Shown here: one piece after another, positions 17,911 through 26,786 of the stretch | Numbering within the stretch: position 1 is the stretch's first letter | Layout of the letters: each line of letters opens with the position of its first letter | Origin: Mycolicibacterium smegmatis | GTDB taxonomy: Bacteria > Actinomycetota > Actinomycetes > Mycobacteriales > Mycobacteriaceae | Reading direction: 5' to 3' | Assembly: GCF_001457595.1 (NCBI RefSeq) | Contig: NZ_LN831039.1 | Span: 1,500,001-1,532,000 of the forward strand | DNA: 32,000 bases | Program-made: the position numbers and the translations under genes | Notes under the pieces: model-generated | Databases searched by the model: none | Told to the model about the DNA's origin: nothing | What the model saw: the letters and a program-made list of their open reading frames with translations, nothing else

Positions 17911-19140
17911 TCAGTTTGCCGCCGTTGCGGATTCACATTCGGCGAGCCGACGACGCAGGAACGCCGCGGCCGGTTCGTTGATCGCGTGGTGCTCCAGAGC
18001 GACGCCATACCAGTGGATTGCCTCGCCGGTGCGCCCGGCGCGACGCAACAGATCCGCGCGTATCACCGCGACGGTGTTGCTCCTGGCGAGCAGAGGATCG
18101 TCGGCGACCTCGTCGAGCGCCGCCAGGCCCGCCGCGTGACCGTCGCGAAAGCCGATGGCCAGCACACGATTTGCGCGGACGACGGGGGAGTCGGCCTGCT
18201 GCAGCGGACGGTCGTAGGCCAGGCAGATCGTGGACCAGTCGGTGGCCTGCCAGCCGGGTGCGGTGGCGTGCACGGCCGCGATCACGGCCTGCGGCAGATA
18301 GGCACCCGTCGCACCCTCGGCGAGGCGCAGCTGATCCAGACCGCGCGCGATCCGGCCGCGATCCCACCGGGTACGGTCCTGCTCGTCGAGCGGGATGAGG
18401 GCGCCGGTGTGGTCGGTGCGGGTGCTCCGTCGCGAATCGTGAAGCAGCACAAGCGCTGACAACGCATGCGCGTCGCGGTCGTCGGGCAGCAGCGCGCACA
18501 GTTCTGCGGCCAGGCGCACACCCTCGTCGCACAGTTCATCGCGGATCGCCGACGGGCCCGCCGTGGACCAGTAGCCCTCGGTGAACACCGAATAGATGCA
18601 CGCGAGCACGTGCGGGGTGCGCTCGGGCAGCAGTTCGGCCGGCGGAACGCGCAGCGGGATGTTGGCCTTGCGAATCTTGTTCTTGGCCCGCGTGATCCGC
18701 TGCCGTACCGCGGTCTCCGACTGCAACAGCGCACGCGCGATCTCGGCCGCGGTGAGCCCGGAGATCAGCCGCAGGGTCAGCGCGAGTTGTGAGGCCCGGT
18801 CCAGTGCGGGGTGCGCGCACGTGAACATCATGCGCAGTTGGTCGTCGCGTACCGGGTGCAGCTCGGTGTCGGCGCGTGCTGTCATGTCCTCGTACACCGC
18901 GGCGTATTCCCTTCCGGTGCGCTGGGATTCACGTCGCAGCCGGTCCAGGGCACGGTTGCGGGCGACGGTGGTGAGCCAGGCGCCCGGATTGTCAGGCAGC
19001 CCGTCGGCCCACGCCTGCACGGCGTGCGCACAGGCCTCCTGGACAGCGTCTTCGGCGAGCGCGAGATCACCCGACCAGCGCGCGATCGTCGCGACCGTAG
19101 GCCCCCACTCCCGCCGGAAGACGCTGTCCAGCTCGGCCAT
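17911..19140 (-). CDS. ECF-type RNA polymerase sigma factor with long C-terminal extension (ECF42-like)
   Basis: Sigma2/sigma4 regions (FRREWGPTVATIARWSGDLALAEDAVQEACAHAV, RLISGLTAAEIARALLQSETAVRQRITRAKNKIR) plus a ~200 aa extension; adjacent DGPF/YCII gene. ATG chosen at 19140. Confidence 0.88.
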   Translation of the reverse strand: MAELDSVFRREWGPTVATIARWSGDLALAEDAVQEACAHAVQAWADGLPDNPGAWLTTVARNRALDRLRRESQRTGREYAAVYEDMTARADTELHPVRDDQLRMMFTCAHPALDRASQLALTLRLISGLTAAEIARALLQSETAVRQRITRAKNKIRKANIPLRVPPAELLPERTPHVLACIYSVFTEGYWSTAGPSAIRDELCDEGVRLAAELCALLPDDRDAHALSALVLLHDSRRSTRTDHTGALIPLDEQDRTRWDRGRIARGLDQLRLAEGATGAYLPQAVIAAVHATAPGWQATDWSTICLAYDRPLQQADSPVVRANRVLAIGFRDGHAAGLAALDEVADDPLLARSNTVAVIRADLLRRAGRTGEAIHWYGVALEHHAINEPAAAFLRRRLAECESATAAN

Positions 19141-19147
19141 CGGCGAC

Positions 19148-19843
19148 CTACAGGCCCGATACACCGGCAAGTTGGCGCAACTCCACGGCCGAGGCCGGCA
19201 ACATCGACGCGAGTTTGACCGCCTCATCGCGGTCCGGGGCGCGCAACACGTAGAAGCCGTTGGCGACCTCGGCGCCTTCGATGTACGGCCCGTCGGTGAT
19301 CATCACCTCGCCGTCGCGCACACGCACCGTGGTGGCGGTCGACGGCGGATGCAACGGCGCCCCGGCGAGCGTCCGGTCACCGATGGTGCTGCTGAGTTCG
19401 ATGTGCCGGCCCGCGAGTTCGTTCCACTCGTCGGTGCCCGGGGTGCGGGTGTTCTCCGGCGGTTCGAGAAGCAGCGCCAGCCAGTCGTTGCCGATGGGCT
19501 GCGTGGGCGCCTGGAAGTGCACGATCGGCCAGATCTCGACGGCGCCGAACGCGGCCACGGGGATCTCACGGGCCAGCGCCAGTGCGTCGTCCAGATTGTC
19601 CGCTTCGAGTACGTAGTAGCCGCACGCGATCTCAGAGGCCTCGGCGAACGGGCCGTCGGTGACCACCGGCGCGTCGGGACCGCCCTCGATACGCACGGCG
19701 CGCGAGCCAGGCGCGAGCGCGTCACCGGCCAGCAGCGCCGAGGCCGCCTTGGCATGGAACGCCTGGAACGCCGCGAATCCCTCGGCGGCCTTCTCGGGCG
19801 TGCGCTGGCTCTCGTTGCTCTTCATCAGGGCGAAGTAGAGCAT
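19148..19843 (-). CDS. YCII-related / DGPF-domain protein with two tandem repeats
   Basis: 231 aa with VTDGPFAE and ITDGPYIEG motifs in two homologous halves; RBS GGAGGAGA upstream of ATG; 7 bp from the sigma factor. Confidence 0.85.
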   Translation of the reverse strand: MLYFALMKSNESQRTPEKAAEGFAAFQAFHAKAASALLAGDALAPGSRAVRIEGGPDAPVVTDGPFAEASEIACGYYVLEADNLDDALALAREIPVAAFGAVEIWPIVHFQAPTQPIGNDWLALLLEPPENTRTPGTDEWNELAGRHIELSSTIGDRTLAGAPLHPPSTATTVRVRDGEVMITDGPYIEGAEVANGFYVLRAPDRDEAVKLASMLPASAVELRQLAGVSGL

Positions 19844-19901
19844 TGTCGTCGTCTCCTCCGGTCAGGAGCGGAACCCTGTCGGTTCCACTCTCTACCTGTG
19901 C

Positions 19902-19928
19902 GACGAACGGCACCCGCTCAATGCGACA
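19902..19928 (-). promoter_or_regulatory. Candidate ECF-sigma promoter upstream of the DGPF/YCII-sigma operon
   Basis: Minus strand TGTCGC (19928-19923), 17-nt spacer, CGTC (19905-19902), about 60 nt before the ATG. Confidence 0.4.
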
Positions 19929-19967
19929 ACTTTCTCCTGCCGAGTTTCTCCTGCCGAGCAGACAAAT

Positions 19968-20828
19968 TTACTTCTGCAGCGTGAACTGGTGGACGCTGAT
20001 GTGGCCCGAGGCGAAGTACTTCTGGCAGCCGTTGAGGTACTTGTCGTAGCGGTCGTAGACCTCTTGGCCCTGGATCGCGATGGCCTCGTCCTTGTTCGCC
20101 TCGAGCGCGTCGGCCCAGATCTTGAGCGTGCGGACGTAGTGCGGGCCGATCTCCTGCAGCTGGGTGAGCTTGAAGCCGGCCTCGATCGCCTTCTCCTGCT
20201 CCATGACCACTGACGGCAGACGGCCGCCGGGGAAGATCTCGGTCATGATGAAGCGCGCGAACCGGGCGTCCTCGAATGTCATGTGCAGGCCGAGCTTCTG
20301 GCCTTCGCGCAGGTCGAACCCGGTGATGTTGTGCAGCAGCATGACGCCGTCGTCGGGCAGCGCGTTGTAGGCCATGTCGAAGAACGCGGGATAGCGCTCG
20401 AATCCGAAGTGCTCGAAGGCGCCGATCGACACGATGCGGTCGACCTTCTCGTCGAACTCTTCCCAGCCCTGCAGGCGGACCTCGAGCTTGCGGTCGGTGG
20501 GCACCTTGGACAGCTTTTCGATGGCGTATTCACGCTGTTCACCGCTGAGCGTCAGGCCGATGACGTTGACGTCGTACTTCTCGGCCGCGCGGGCCATGCA
20601 GGCGCCCCAGCCGCAACCGATGTCGAGCAGTGTCATGCCGGGTTCCAGGCCGAGCTTGCCGAGCGCGAGGTCGAACTTCGCGATCTGGGCCTCGTCGCCC
20701 GTCATGTCGTCGCGCTCGAAATAACCGCACGTGTAGCCCATGGTGGGGCCCAGGAACAGCTCGTAAAACTCGTTCGAAATGTCGTAGATCGACTGCAGTT
20801 CTTCGTATTTGGGTGTCAATTTAGACAT
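19968..20828 (-). CDS. Cyclopropane-fatty-acyl/mycolic acid SAM methyltransferase (UmaA/CmaA family)
   Basis: 286 aa; YDISNEFYELFLGPTMGYTCGYFERDDMT, GMTLLDIGCGWGACMARAAEKYDVNVIGLTLS, DRIVSIGAFEHFG, FIMTEIFPGGRLPS. Confidence 0.92.
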   Translation of the reverse strand: MSKLTPKYEELQSIYDISNEFYELFLGPTMGYTCGYFERDDMTGDEAQIAKFDLALGKLGLEPGMTLLDIGCGWGACMARAAEKYDVNVIGLTLSGEQREYAIEKLSKVPTDRKLEVRLQGWEEFDEKVDRIVSIGAFEHFGFERYPAFFDMAYNALPDDGVMLLHNITGFDLREGQKLGLHMTFEDARFARFIMTEIFPGGRLPSVVMEQEKAIEAGFKLTQLQEIGPHYVRTLKIWADALEANKDEAIAIQGQEVYDRYDKYLNGCQKYFASGHISVHQFTLQK

Positions 20829-21020
20829 ATATCGAATTGCTCCAAGCCTCAGTGGTCACCCCGCCGAGTCGCCAGCCTACAGTAGGAACCCGCAGGTGAG
20901 ACTCGACTCGCGTCAGAAAAACCGGGCAAATAAAATTGTCTCGAATGATCAAGAAATATCGATGGTGGGCCTGCAATTATCGTGTCGGGGCAGGTCCCGC
21001 ATAGCGAATCTGAAGAGCCG

Positions 21021-21893
21021 CTACTTCGCCAGGGTGAACTGGTTGACGTCGATATAGCCGACGCGGAACGCGTTGGCGCAACCCGTGAGGTAGTGCATGT
21101 ACCGGTCGTAGACCTCCTGCGACTGGATTCGCACAGCATCGTCGTGGTGGGATTCGAGCGCGGCGGCCCACATGTCCAGCGTGCGGGCGTAATGCAGTTG
21201 CAGCGACTGCCTGCGTTCCAGCGTGAACGACGCGCGGGTCGCGTGGTCGATCACCATGTCGACGGTCGGCAGCCGCCCACCGGGGAAGATCTCGGTGACG
21301 ATGAACCTGATGAACCGCGCCATCTCGAAGGTCAGCGGCACACCCAGCTCCTGCGCGTGCTTCGGGTGGATGCCCGTGATGGTGTGCAACAGCATCACGC
21401 CGTCGTCGGGTAGCACGCGATGCGCGAACCGGAAGAAGTCGTCGTACCGCTCGTGACCGAAATGCTCGAACGCTCCGATCGACACGATGCGGTCCACCGG
21501 TTCGTCGAACTCCTCCCAGCCCGCGAGCAGCACGCGCTTGGTGCGGGGACTGGATGACTCGGAGAAGCGGCGCTCGACGTGCGCCTGCTGATTGCGGCTC
21601 AGTGTCAGCCCGACGACGTTGACGTCATAGCGCTCGAGTGCGCGCAACATCGTTGCACCCCAACCGCATCCGACATCGAGCAGGGTCATCCCCGGCTGCA
21701 GGCCCAGCTTGCCCAGCGACAGGTCGATCTTGGCGAGCTGGGCTTCTTCCAGCGTCATGTCGTCGCGCTCGAAATACGCGCAGCTGTAGGTTCTCGACGG
21801 GTCGAGGAACAGCGCGAAGAAGTCGTCCGACAGGTCGTAATGAGCTTGGACCTCGTCGAAGTGTGGTTGTAGCTTTCCGGGCTGCTTGGTCAC
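21021..21893 (-). CDS. Mycolic acid cyclopropane-synthase-family methyltransferase (MmaA/CmaA type)
   Basis: HYDLSDDFFALFLDPSRTYSCAYFERDDMTLEEAQLAKIDL, GMTLLDVGCGWGATMLRALERYDVNVVGLTLS, FIVTEIFPGGRLPT. GTG at 21893 preferred over the track ATG at 21932. Confidence 0.9.
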   Translation of the reverse strand: MTKQPGKLQPHFDEVQAHYDLSDDFFALFLDPSRTYSCAYFERDDMTLEEAQLAKIDLSLGKLGLQPGMTLLDVGCGWGATMLRALERYDVNVVGLTLSRNQQAHVERRFSESSSPRTKRVLLAGWEEFDEPVDRIVSIGAFEHFGHERYDDFFRFAHRVLPDDGVMLLHTITGIHPKHAQELGVPLTFEMARFIRFIVTEIFPGGRLPTVDMVIDHATRASFTLERRQSLQLHYARTLDMWAAALESHHDDAVRIQSQEVYDRYMHYLTGCANAFRVGYIDVNQFTLAK

Positions 21894-22072
21894 TGACGTG
21901 CACCTCTCGGCGGAGAAACCGGGGGGCAGCATCGAACCCCCATTGGCCCGACCGTCCCCCCAGACTGTTGCACAGCGTAGACCGGGGTACCGCCGGCGGG
22001 CGAGTGCTCAGCGGCGATCCGGTACGGAAACGCGCCGAAAATGTTGCGACAGCAACGAAATCGGGCCGGTGA

Positions 22073-22990
22073 TCAACCCACCACGGCAAAGTTTGTCTTG
22101 AGCTCGCCGATGACCTCGTCCCACACCGGCTCGGGAAGTTCGTGACCCATCCCGTCGATGAGCACCATGCGCGCACCCCGGATCGCATTGGCGATCGCGC
22201 GCCCGCCCGACGGAGGCATCAACCGGTCGGCGCGTCCGTGGATCACCACGGTGGGCGCGGTGACGCGTTCGTTGTGATGACGCAGGCTGCCGCTGCCCAG
22301 GATCGCGGCGAAATGGCGGGCGATGCCTGCGGGGTAGTACGCGCGGTCGTACAGTTCGGCGGCCTCGGCCCGGATCTCCTCTTCGGAGCGCGGGTACGCC
22401 GGGCTGCCGTTGAGCCTGCTGAGTCGAACGGCGTTGTCCAGCACGGCATCTCGCGACGCGTCGGCAGGCGGTCCGGTGATCAGCGACAGCAGCTGTCTGA
22501 TTCCGGGCGGCGGGAGGAGCGCCTGGTTGTTGCTGGAGAAGATCACCCCGAGGGTCTCGGTGCGGGCCGCGTGCTGCGACGCGAACACCTGGGCGATCAT
22601 GCCGCCCATGGACCCACCGACGATGTGCGCGCGGTCGATCTCCAAGTGGTCGAGCAGGGCCGCAGCGTCGTCGGCCATGTCCTCGAGCGTGTACACCGCG
22701 GGGCTGCGCTTACCGAGGAACGAGCGCGCCATCCGCAGGGCGAGCGGCGAATCGACACGCTGCCCCGACAGTTTCGTCGACAGGCCGACGTCGCGGTTGT
22801 CGAACCGGATGACGCGCAACCCCTGATCGACGAGTTTCTCGCAGAACTCGGTACGCCACATCAGCATCTGCGCACCCAGACCCATGATCAACAGGACCGC
22901 AGGATCGCCGGGATCACCCATGTCCTCGTAGAAGAGGTCGATCGGGTGGTCGGCGTCGCCGGCGCGCGCGAGCCCGGTGCGGGTCTGCAT
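22073..22990 (-). CDS. lipG: Alpha/beta hydrolase, LipG-like
   Basis: MQTRTGLARAGDADHPIDLFYEDMGDPGDPAVLLIMGLGAQMLMW, nucleophile elbow GGSMGG; start overlaps the UbiB stop; same relative order as Rv0646c (recalled). Confidence 0.82.
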   Translation of the reverse strand: MQTRTGLARAGDADHPIDLFYEDMGDPGDPAVLLIMGLGAQMLMWRTEFCEKLVDQGLRVIRFDNRDVGLSTKLSGQRVDSPLALRMARSFLGKRSPAVYTLEDMADDAAALLDHLEIDRAHIVGGSMGGMIAQVFASQHAARTETLGVIFSSNNQALLPPPGIRQLLSLITGPPADASRDAVLDNAVRLSRLNGSPAYPRSEEEIRAEAAELYDRAYYPAGIARHFAAILGSGSLRHHNERVTAPTVVIHGRADRLMPPSGGRAIANAIRGARMVLIDGMGHELPEPVWDEVIGELKTNFAVVG

Positions 22991-24411
22991 CAGGCCTTGT
23001 CCCCGCTGGGCGCCTGCGTCTCGGTTCCGGTCTCGGGGATGTCTGGGATCTCGTCGACGTCGTCGATCTCCTTGTGCTCCCGGCTCACCTCGACCATGAA
23101 GTTGGCGAAGTAACCGGTGAGCTGCGGATCGCTCATCATCTGCCACTTGGGCGCGAGCAACTTCATGTAGCGCTCGACGTAGAGGAACTGCTTGCCGATC
23201 AGCACGAGCTCGCGGGGCAGCTTGACGTCGTAGGCGTCGGCCAGGGCCGAGAGCTGCCTGCCGATCTCGGCGTAGGACATGTCGCCGAGCGACTTCATGG
23301 TCAGCGGCGTGGCGAACGCCTCGAGGTCCTTGGCGGCCTGGCCCTCGGGTTTGACGGTGCCGACCGCGCCCATCAGCACCACGATCTTGCCCGCCGCGGC
23401 GTGGTCCTTCTTGACCAGCAGGGCGTGCACCAGTTCACGCAGCAGCCAGCGCGTGCGCGGATCGATGCGGCCCATGATGCCGAAGTCGAAGAACACGATC
23501 TTGCCGTCGTCGTCGACGTAGAGGTTGCCCGCGTGCAGGTCGCCGTGGAACAGGCCGTGCCGCAGGCCGCCCTCGAACACGCTGAACAGCAGGGCCTTGA
23601 CCAGTTCGGTGCCGTCGAAACCCTTCTTGCGGATCGCGGCCACGTCGTCGATGCGCACACCGGTGATGCGTTCCATGGTCAGCACGCGCTCGCTGGTCAG
23701 GTCCCAGTACACCGTGGGGACGCGGATGTTGGCGCCCAGCGGCGAGGCGTGCATGTGCGCCACCCAGGCGTCCATCGACTGGGCCTCGAGCCGGAAGTCG
23801 AGTTCCTCGGCGAGGTTGTCGGCGAAGTCGGCGACGACGTCCTGCGCGCTCAACCGCTGACCCAGCTTGGCGAATTCGACCAGACGTGCCCCGCGCTTGA
23901 GGATCTGCAGGTCGGCGGCCACGCGGCGCCGGATGCCCGGGCGCTGGATCTTGACGACGACCTCCTCGCCGCTGTGCAGCGTGGCGTAGTGGACCTGCGC
24001 GATGGAGGCCGAGGCGAACGGCGTGTCGTCGAACGTCTTGAACAGCTTGTGCGGATCGTCACCGAGTTCCTCGCGGATCAGCTTCTGCACCTCGTCCGGG
24101 TTCGCCGGAGGCACCCGGTCCAGCAGGCCGCGGAACTCGCGGCTCAAAGGTTCGCCGAAGGCGCCGGGGCTCGACGCGATGATCTGCCCGAACTTGACGT
24201 AGGTGGGTCCCAGGTCGGAGAAGGTTTTGGGAACCTGCTTGACGATCTTCTGCTGAAGAGATCCGCGGCCGAAGATGTTGGCCGCGACGCGGGCCCCGGT
24301 GCGGGTGATCTGCCATCCGGTCGCGCCGATGCGCGCGGCCTCGGCCGGGAGCGGCACGCGGTCCAGCCTGGCCACCTCGCGATGCTTGGTTTTCGCCGGC
24401 GTAGTGCTCAT
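22990..24411 (-). CDS. ABC1/UbiB family atypical kinase-like protein (Rv0647c-like)
   Basis: LGPTYVKFGQIIASSPGAFGEPLSREFRGLLDRVPP, EEVVVKIQRPG, HGDLHAGNLYVDDDGKIVFFDFGIMGR. Confidence 0.9.
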   Translation of the reverse strand: MSTTPAKTKHREVARLDRVPLPAEAARIGATGWQITRTGARVAANIFGRGSLQQKIVKQVPKTFSDLGPTYVKFGQIIASSPGAFGEPLSREFRGLLDRVPPANPDEVQKLIREELGDDPHKLFKTFDDTPFASASIAQVHYATLHSGEEVVVKIQRPGIRRRVAADLQILKRGARLVEFAKLGQRLSAQDVVADFADNLAEELDFRLEAQSMDAWVAHMHASPLGANIRVPTVYWDLTSERVLTMERITGVRIDDVAAIRKKGFDGTELVKALLFSVFEGGLRHGLFHGDLHAGNLYVDDDGKIVFFDFGIMGRIDPRTRWLLRELVHALLVKKDHAAAGKIVVLMGAVGTVKPEGQAAKDLEAFATPLTMKSLGDMSYAEIGRQLSALADAYDVKLPRELVLIGKQFLYVERYMKLLAPKWQMMSDPQLTGYFANFMVEVSREHKEIDDVDEIPDIPETGTETQAPSGDKA

Positions 24412-24475
24412 GTTTGCAGTGTCTCAAAGCCCGGGGTGCGGCCAAAAATGCCTGTGCCGCGCATCACACCGCGAT

Positions 24476-25480
24476 TCACACCGATGCGAAGCTCTTCTCG
24501 ACCTCGTCACGGCTCAACATCGGGTCGGTGCCGGGGACGTACGTGGGCCACGTGTGCGGCGCCAGATCGGGGTCGATGCCGTCGGCCACCCGCTCCTGGG
24601 CCTGCTTGAACTCGGGCGTCGGGCCCGTCGTGAACTCCAGTCCGTTGATGATGGACCACACCAGGCTGCGCCGCGCCGTGCGTTCGATGATGTTGGGCGA
24701 CTTGTGCTGAATCAACTCCATGGCCCACCTGGGCATGGTGTCGCGAATGGCCCAGTCGATCGCGGCCTGTGGCATCGGCAGGTTCGCGCCCGTGGCCATC
24801 GACGCGCCGTGGGTCAGCGCAAGGCGCGGCAGGTAGGACTCGAGGCAGTCGAGCGTCTCGGCTTTGGTGGTCGGCAGGTCGGTGCCGCCGAGCGCCTGCC
24901 CGACGCGCACGAATTCACCGTAGTATTTGTCGATCTTCTTGCCGCGCAACGGTTGTGGGTGATACAGCTCGTGGGCCGTCGCGAGACCCCAGACCACCGT
25001 CGCGTAGTTCCAGCGCAGCCAGTCCGGATCGTCGGCGTCATACGCCGCGCCGTCGGGGCGCACGCCCTTGATGGTGTGGTGCATGGCGCGCACGGTCTTG
25101 GCCAGGCGCTCGGCGGTCTCGGTGGATCCGTACGCGGTGCCGATGAAGAACGCGATCGAGTGCCCGAGGCGCACCGCGGCGCCCGCGGGATCGATCTTCG
25201 GGACCGCGACGCCGTTCTCGTCGCGCTCCACCAGGCGCGAGTGGTGCATGCCCATCCAGTAGATGGAGGGGTCGAGCCTTTCCATGTAGGCCGCGCACTG
25301 CAGGCCGAAGATCAGCGCGTGCAGGTGCGAGTGGACGTGCCACACCGCGCTGCCCGGCCCGAACCAGCCCGGGTCCCCCTTGGGTTCGGCGAACTGCATA
25401 CCGCGGAAATAGTTCCTGCGGATGTCCTTGTCGAACTTCTGGTTGAGCCACTGTCCGACGAACTCGTGCGGCATGAACAC
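24476..25480 (-). CDS. DUF2236 / MpaB-like oxygenase family protein
   Basis: 334 aa; GPGSAVWHVHSHLHALIFGLQCAAYMERLDP, HTIKGVRPDGAAYDADDPDWLRWNYATVVWG, a typical DUF2236 pattern. Confidence 0.82.
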   Translation of the reverse strand: MFMPHEFVGQWLNQKFDKDIRRNYFRGMQFAEPKGDPGWFGPGSAVWHVHSHLHALIFGLQCAAYMERLDPSIYWMGMHHSRLVERDENGVAVPKIDPAGAAVRLGHSIAFFIGTAYGSTETAERLAKTVRAMHHTIKGVRPDGAAYDADDPDWLRWNYATVVWGLATAHELYHPQPLRGKKIDKYYGEFVRVGQALGGTDLPTTKAETLDCLESYLPRLALTHGASMATGANLPMPQAAIDWAIRDTMPRWAMELIQHKSPNIIERTARRSLVWSIINGLEFTTGPTPEFKQAQERVADGIDPDLAPHTWPTYVPGTDPMLSRDEVEKSFASV

Positions 25481-25503
25481 CGGCGTGCTCCCTCATGCAG
25501 ATC

Positions 25504-25550
25504 TGGTCACGGCTGTAACCAACCATACATTTTGGATACGGGTGTGACCA
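25504..25550. promoter_or_regulatory. Paired operator-like imperfect palindromes between DUF2236 and TetR genes
   Basis: TGGTCACGGCTGTAACCA (25504-25521) and TGGATACGGGTGTGACCA (25533-25550), sharing TGGnnACGGnTGTnnCCA. Confidence 0.55.
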
Positions 25551-25566
25551 GACATACGCTGTAGCC

Positions 25567-26166
25567 GTGACGACCCCGACCCGATGGGCCGGCGTTCCAC
25601 TGACGGACCGCCGCGCCGAGCGCCGTGCGCTGCTGGTCGACGCGGCGTTCCGGCTGTTCGGCGACGGCGGCGAGACCGCGTTGTCGGTGCGGTCGGTGTG
25701 CCGCGAGTGCGGCCTGAACACGCGGTACTTCTACGAGAGCTTCGCCGACACCGACGATCTCATCGGCGCGGTGTACGACGAGGTCAGCGCCCTGCTGGCG
25801 GCCGACGTCGAAGCCGCGATGGAAGGCGCCGGGAACTCGCTGCGGGCCAGGACCCGCGCGGGCATCGCCGCGGTGCTCGGTTTCAGTTCCGCCGATCCGC
25901 GGCGCGGACGTGTGCTGTTCACCGACGCCAGGGCCAACCCGGTGCTGGCCCAGCGTCGCGCCGTGACCCAGGACCTGCTGCGCGAGGCCGTGCTCAGCGA
26001 GGGTGGGCGGCTCAATCCGGGCTCGGACCCGGTCGCCGCCCAGGTCGGTGCGGCCATGTACACCGGTGCCATGGCCGAACTCGCCCAGCAGTGGCTGGCC
26101 GGCAACCTGGGCGACGACCTCGACGCCGTCGTCGACCACGCGCTGCGACTGGTCCTGGGGCGCTGA
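25567..26166 (+). CDS. TetR family transcriptional regulator
   Basis: RRALLVDAAFRLFGDGGETALSVRSVCRECGLNTRYFYESFADTDDLIGAVYDE is a TetR N-terminal HTH; GTG start. Confidence 0.9.
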   Translation: MTTPTRWAGVPLTDRRAERRALLVDAAFRLFGDGGETALSVRSVCRECGLNTRYFYESFADTDDLIGAVYDEVSALLAADVEAAMEGAGNSLRARTRAGIAAVLGFSSADPRRGRVLFTDARANPVLAQRRAVTQDLLREAVLSEGGRLNPGSDPVAAQVGAAMYTGAMAELAQQWLAGNLGDDLDAVVDHALRLVLGR

Positions 26167-26170
26167 CCGG

Positions 26171-26782
26171 CTACGCCGTCGGCGCCGACGCGCTGGGCCG
26201 CCAGCGCCTGATCCAGTCGGTCTCGGGCCACTCCTCGGCCGCGGCCATCAACTCGTACATCGTGGCCCGGTCGATCGACTCGCGGATGATGTCGGCGTGC
26301 CCGGCGTGCCTGCTGAGCTCCTCGATGAGGTGCATGACCACCCAACGCACCGTCCAGTGGTCGATGTCGGCGGGGAACCACGGCACGTTGCGGGGGACGG
26401 GCACCGGGGCGTCGAGATCCTTCTCGGCGAAAACCCTGAGTGTTTCGGCGTTCTGGGCCTTGAGGGCGTCGAGGAGGTCCGCGATGGTCTCGTCGTCGCG
26501 CATCGAGTACTGATCGGCGTACTCGGCCATCTGCTCCTCCATCGGGCGTGGATCCGGTGGCGGCGAATCGGGCGCGTACGTGGCACGGTCGGTCCAGCCT
26601 TTCTGAACCCCGGCCGCGTGCTTGACCAGGCCGCCGATCGACAGCGCGCTCACCGACGGCGTCGACCGCGCCTGTTCGTCGGTCAGGCCGTAGGCCGCGG
26701 CGAAGAACGCGTTCTGCTGGAACTCGAGGAAGTTGATCAGGGTCTGTCGTTCGTCGGCGGCGGGCGGTGGCATACCGGGCAT
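26171..26782 (-). CDS. DinB-family (DUF664-like) putative metal-dependent protein
   Basis: LINFLEFQQNAFFAAAYGLTDEQARSTPSVSALSIGGLVKHAAGVQKGW and HLIEELSRHAGHADIIRESIDR; ATG chosen at 26782 (MPGMPP). Confidence 0.85.
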   Translation of the reverse strand: MPGMPPPAADERQTLINFLEFQQNAFFAAAYGLTDEQARSTPSVSALSIGGLVKHAAGVQKGWTDRATYAPDSPPPDPRPMEEQMAEYADQYSMRDDETIADLLDALKAQNAETLRVFAEKDLDAPVPVPRNVPWFPADIDHWTVRWVVMHLIEELSRHAGHADIIRESIDRATMYELMAAAEEWPETDWIRRWRPSASAPTA

Positions 26783-26786
26783 GTGT

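Noticed and set aside
22142-25564. Long plus-strand ORFs 22142..23113, 23074..24609 and 24275..25564
   Set aside because: Antisense to lipG-like, UbiB-like and DUF2236 genes; no domain signatures, only codon-structure shadows.
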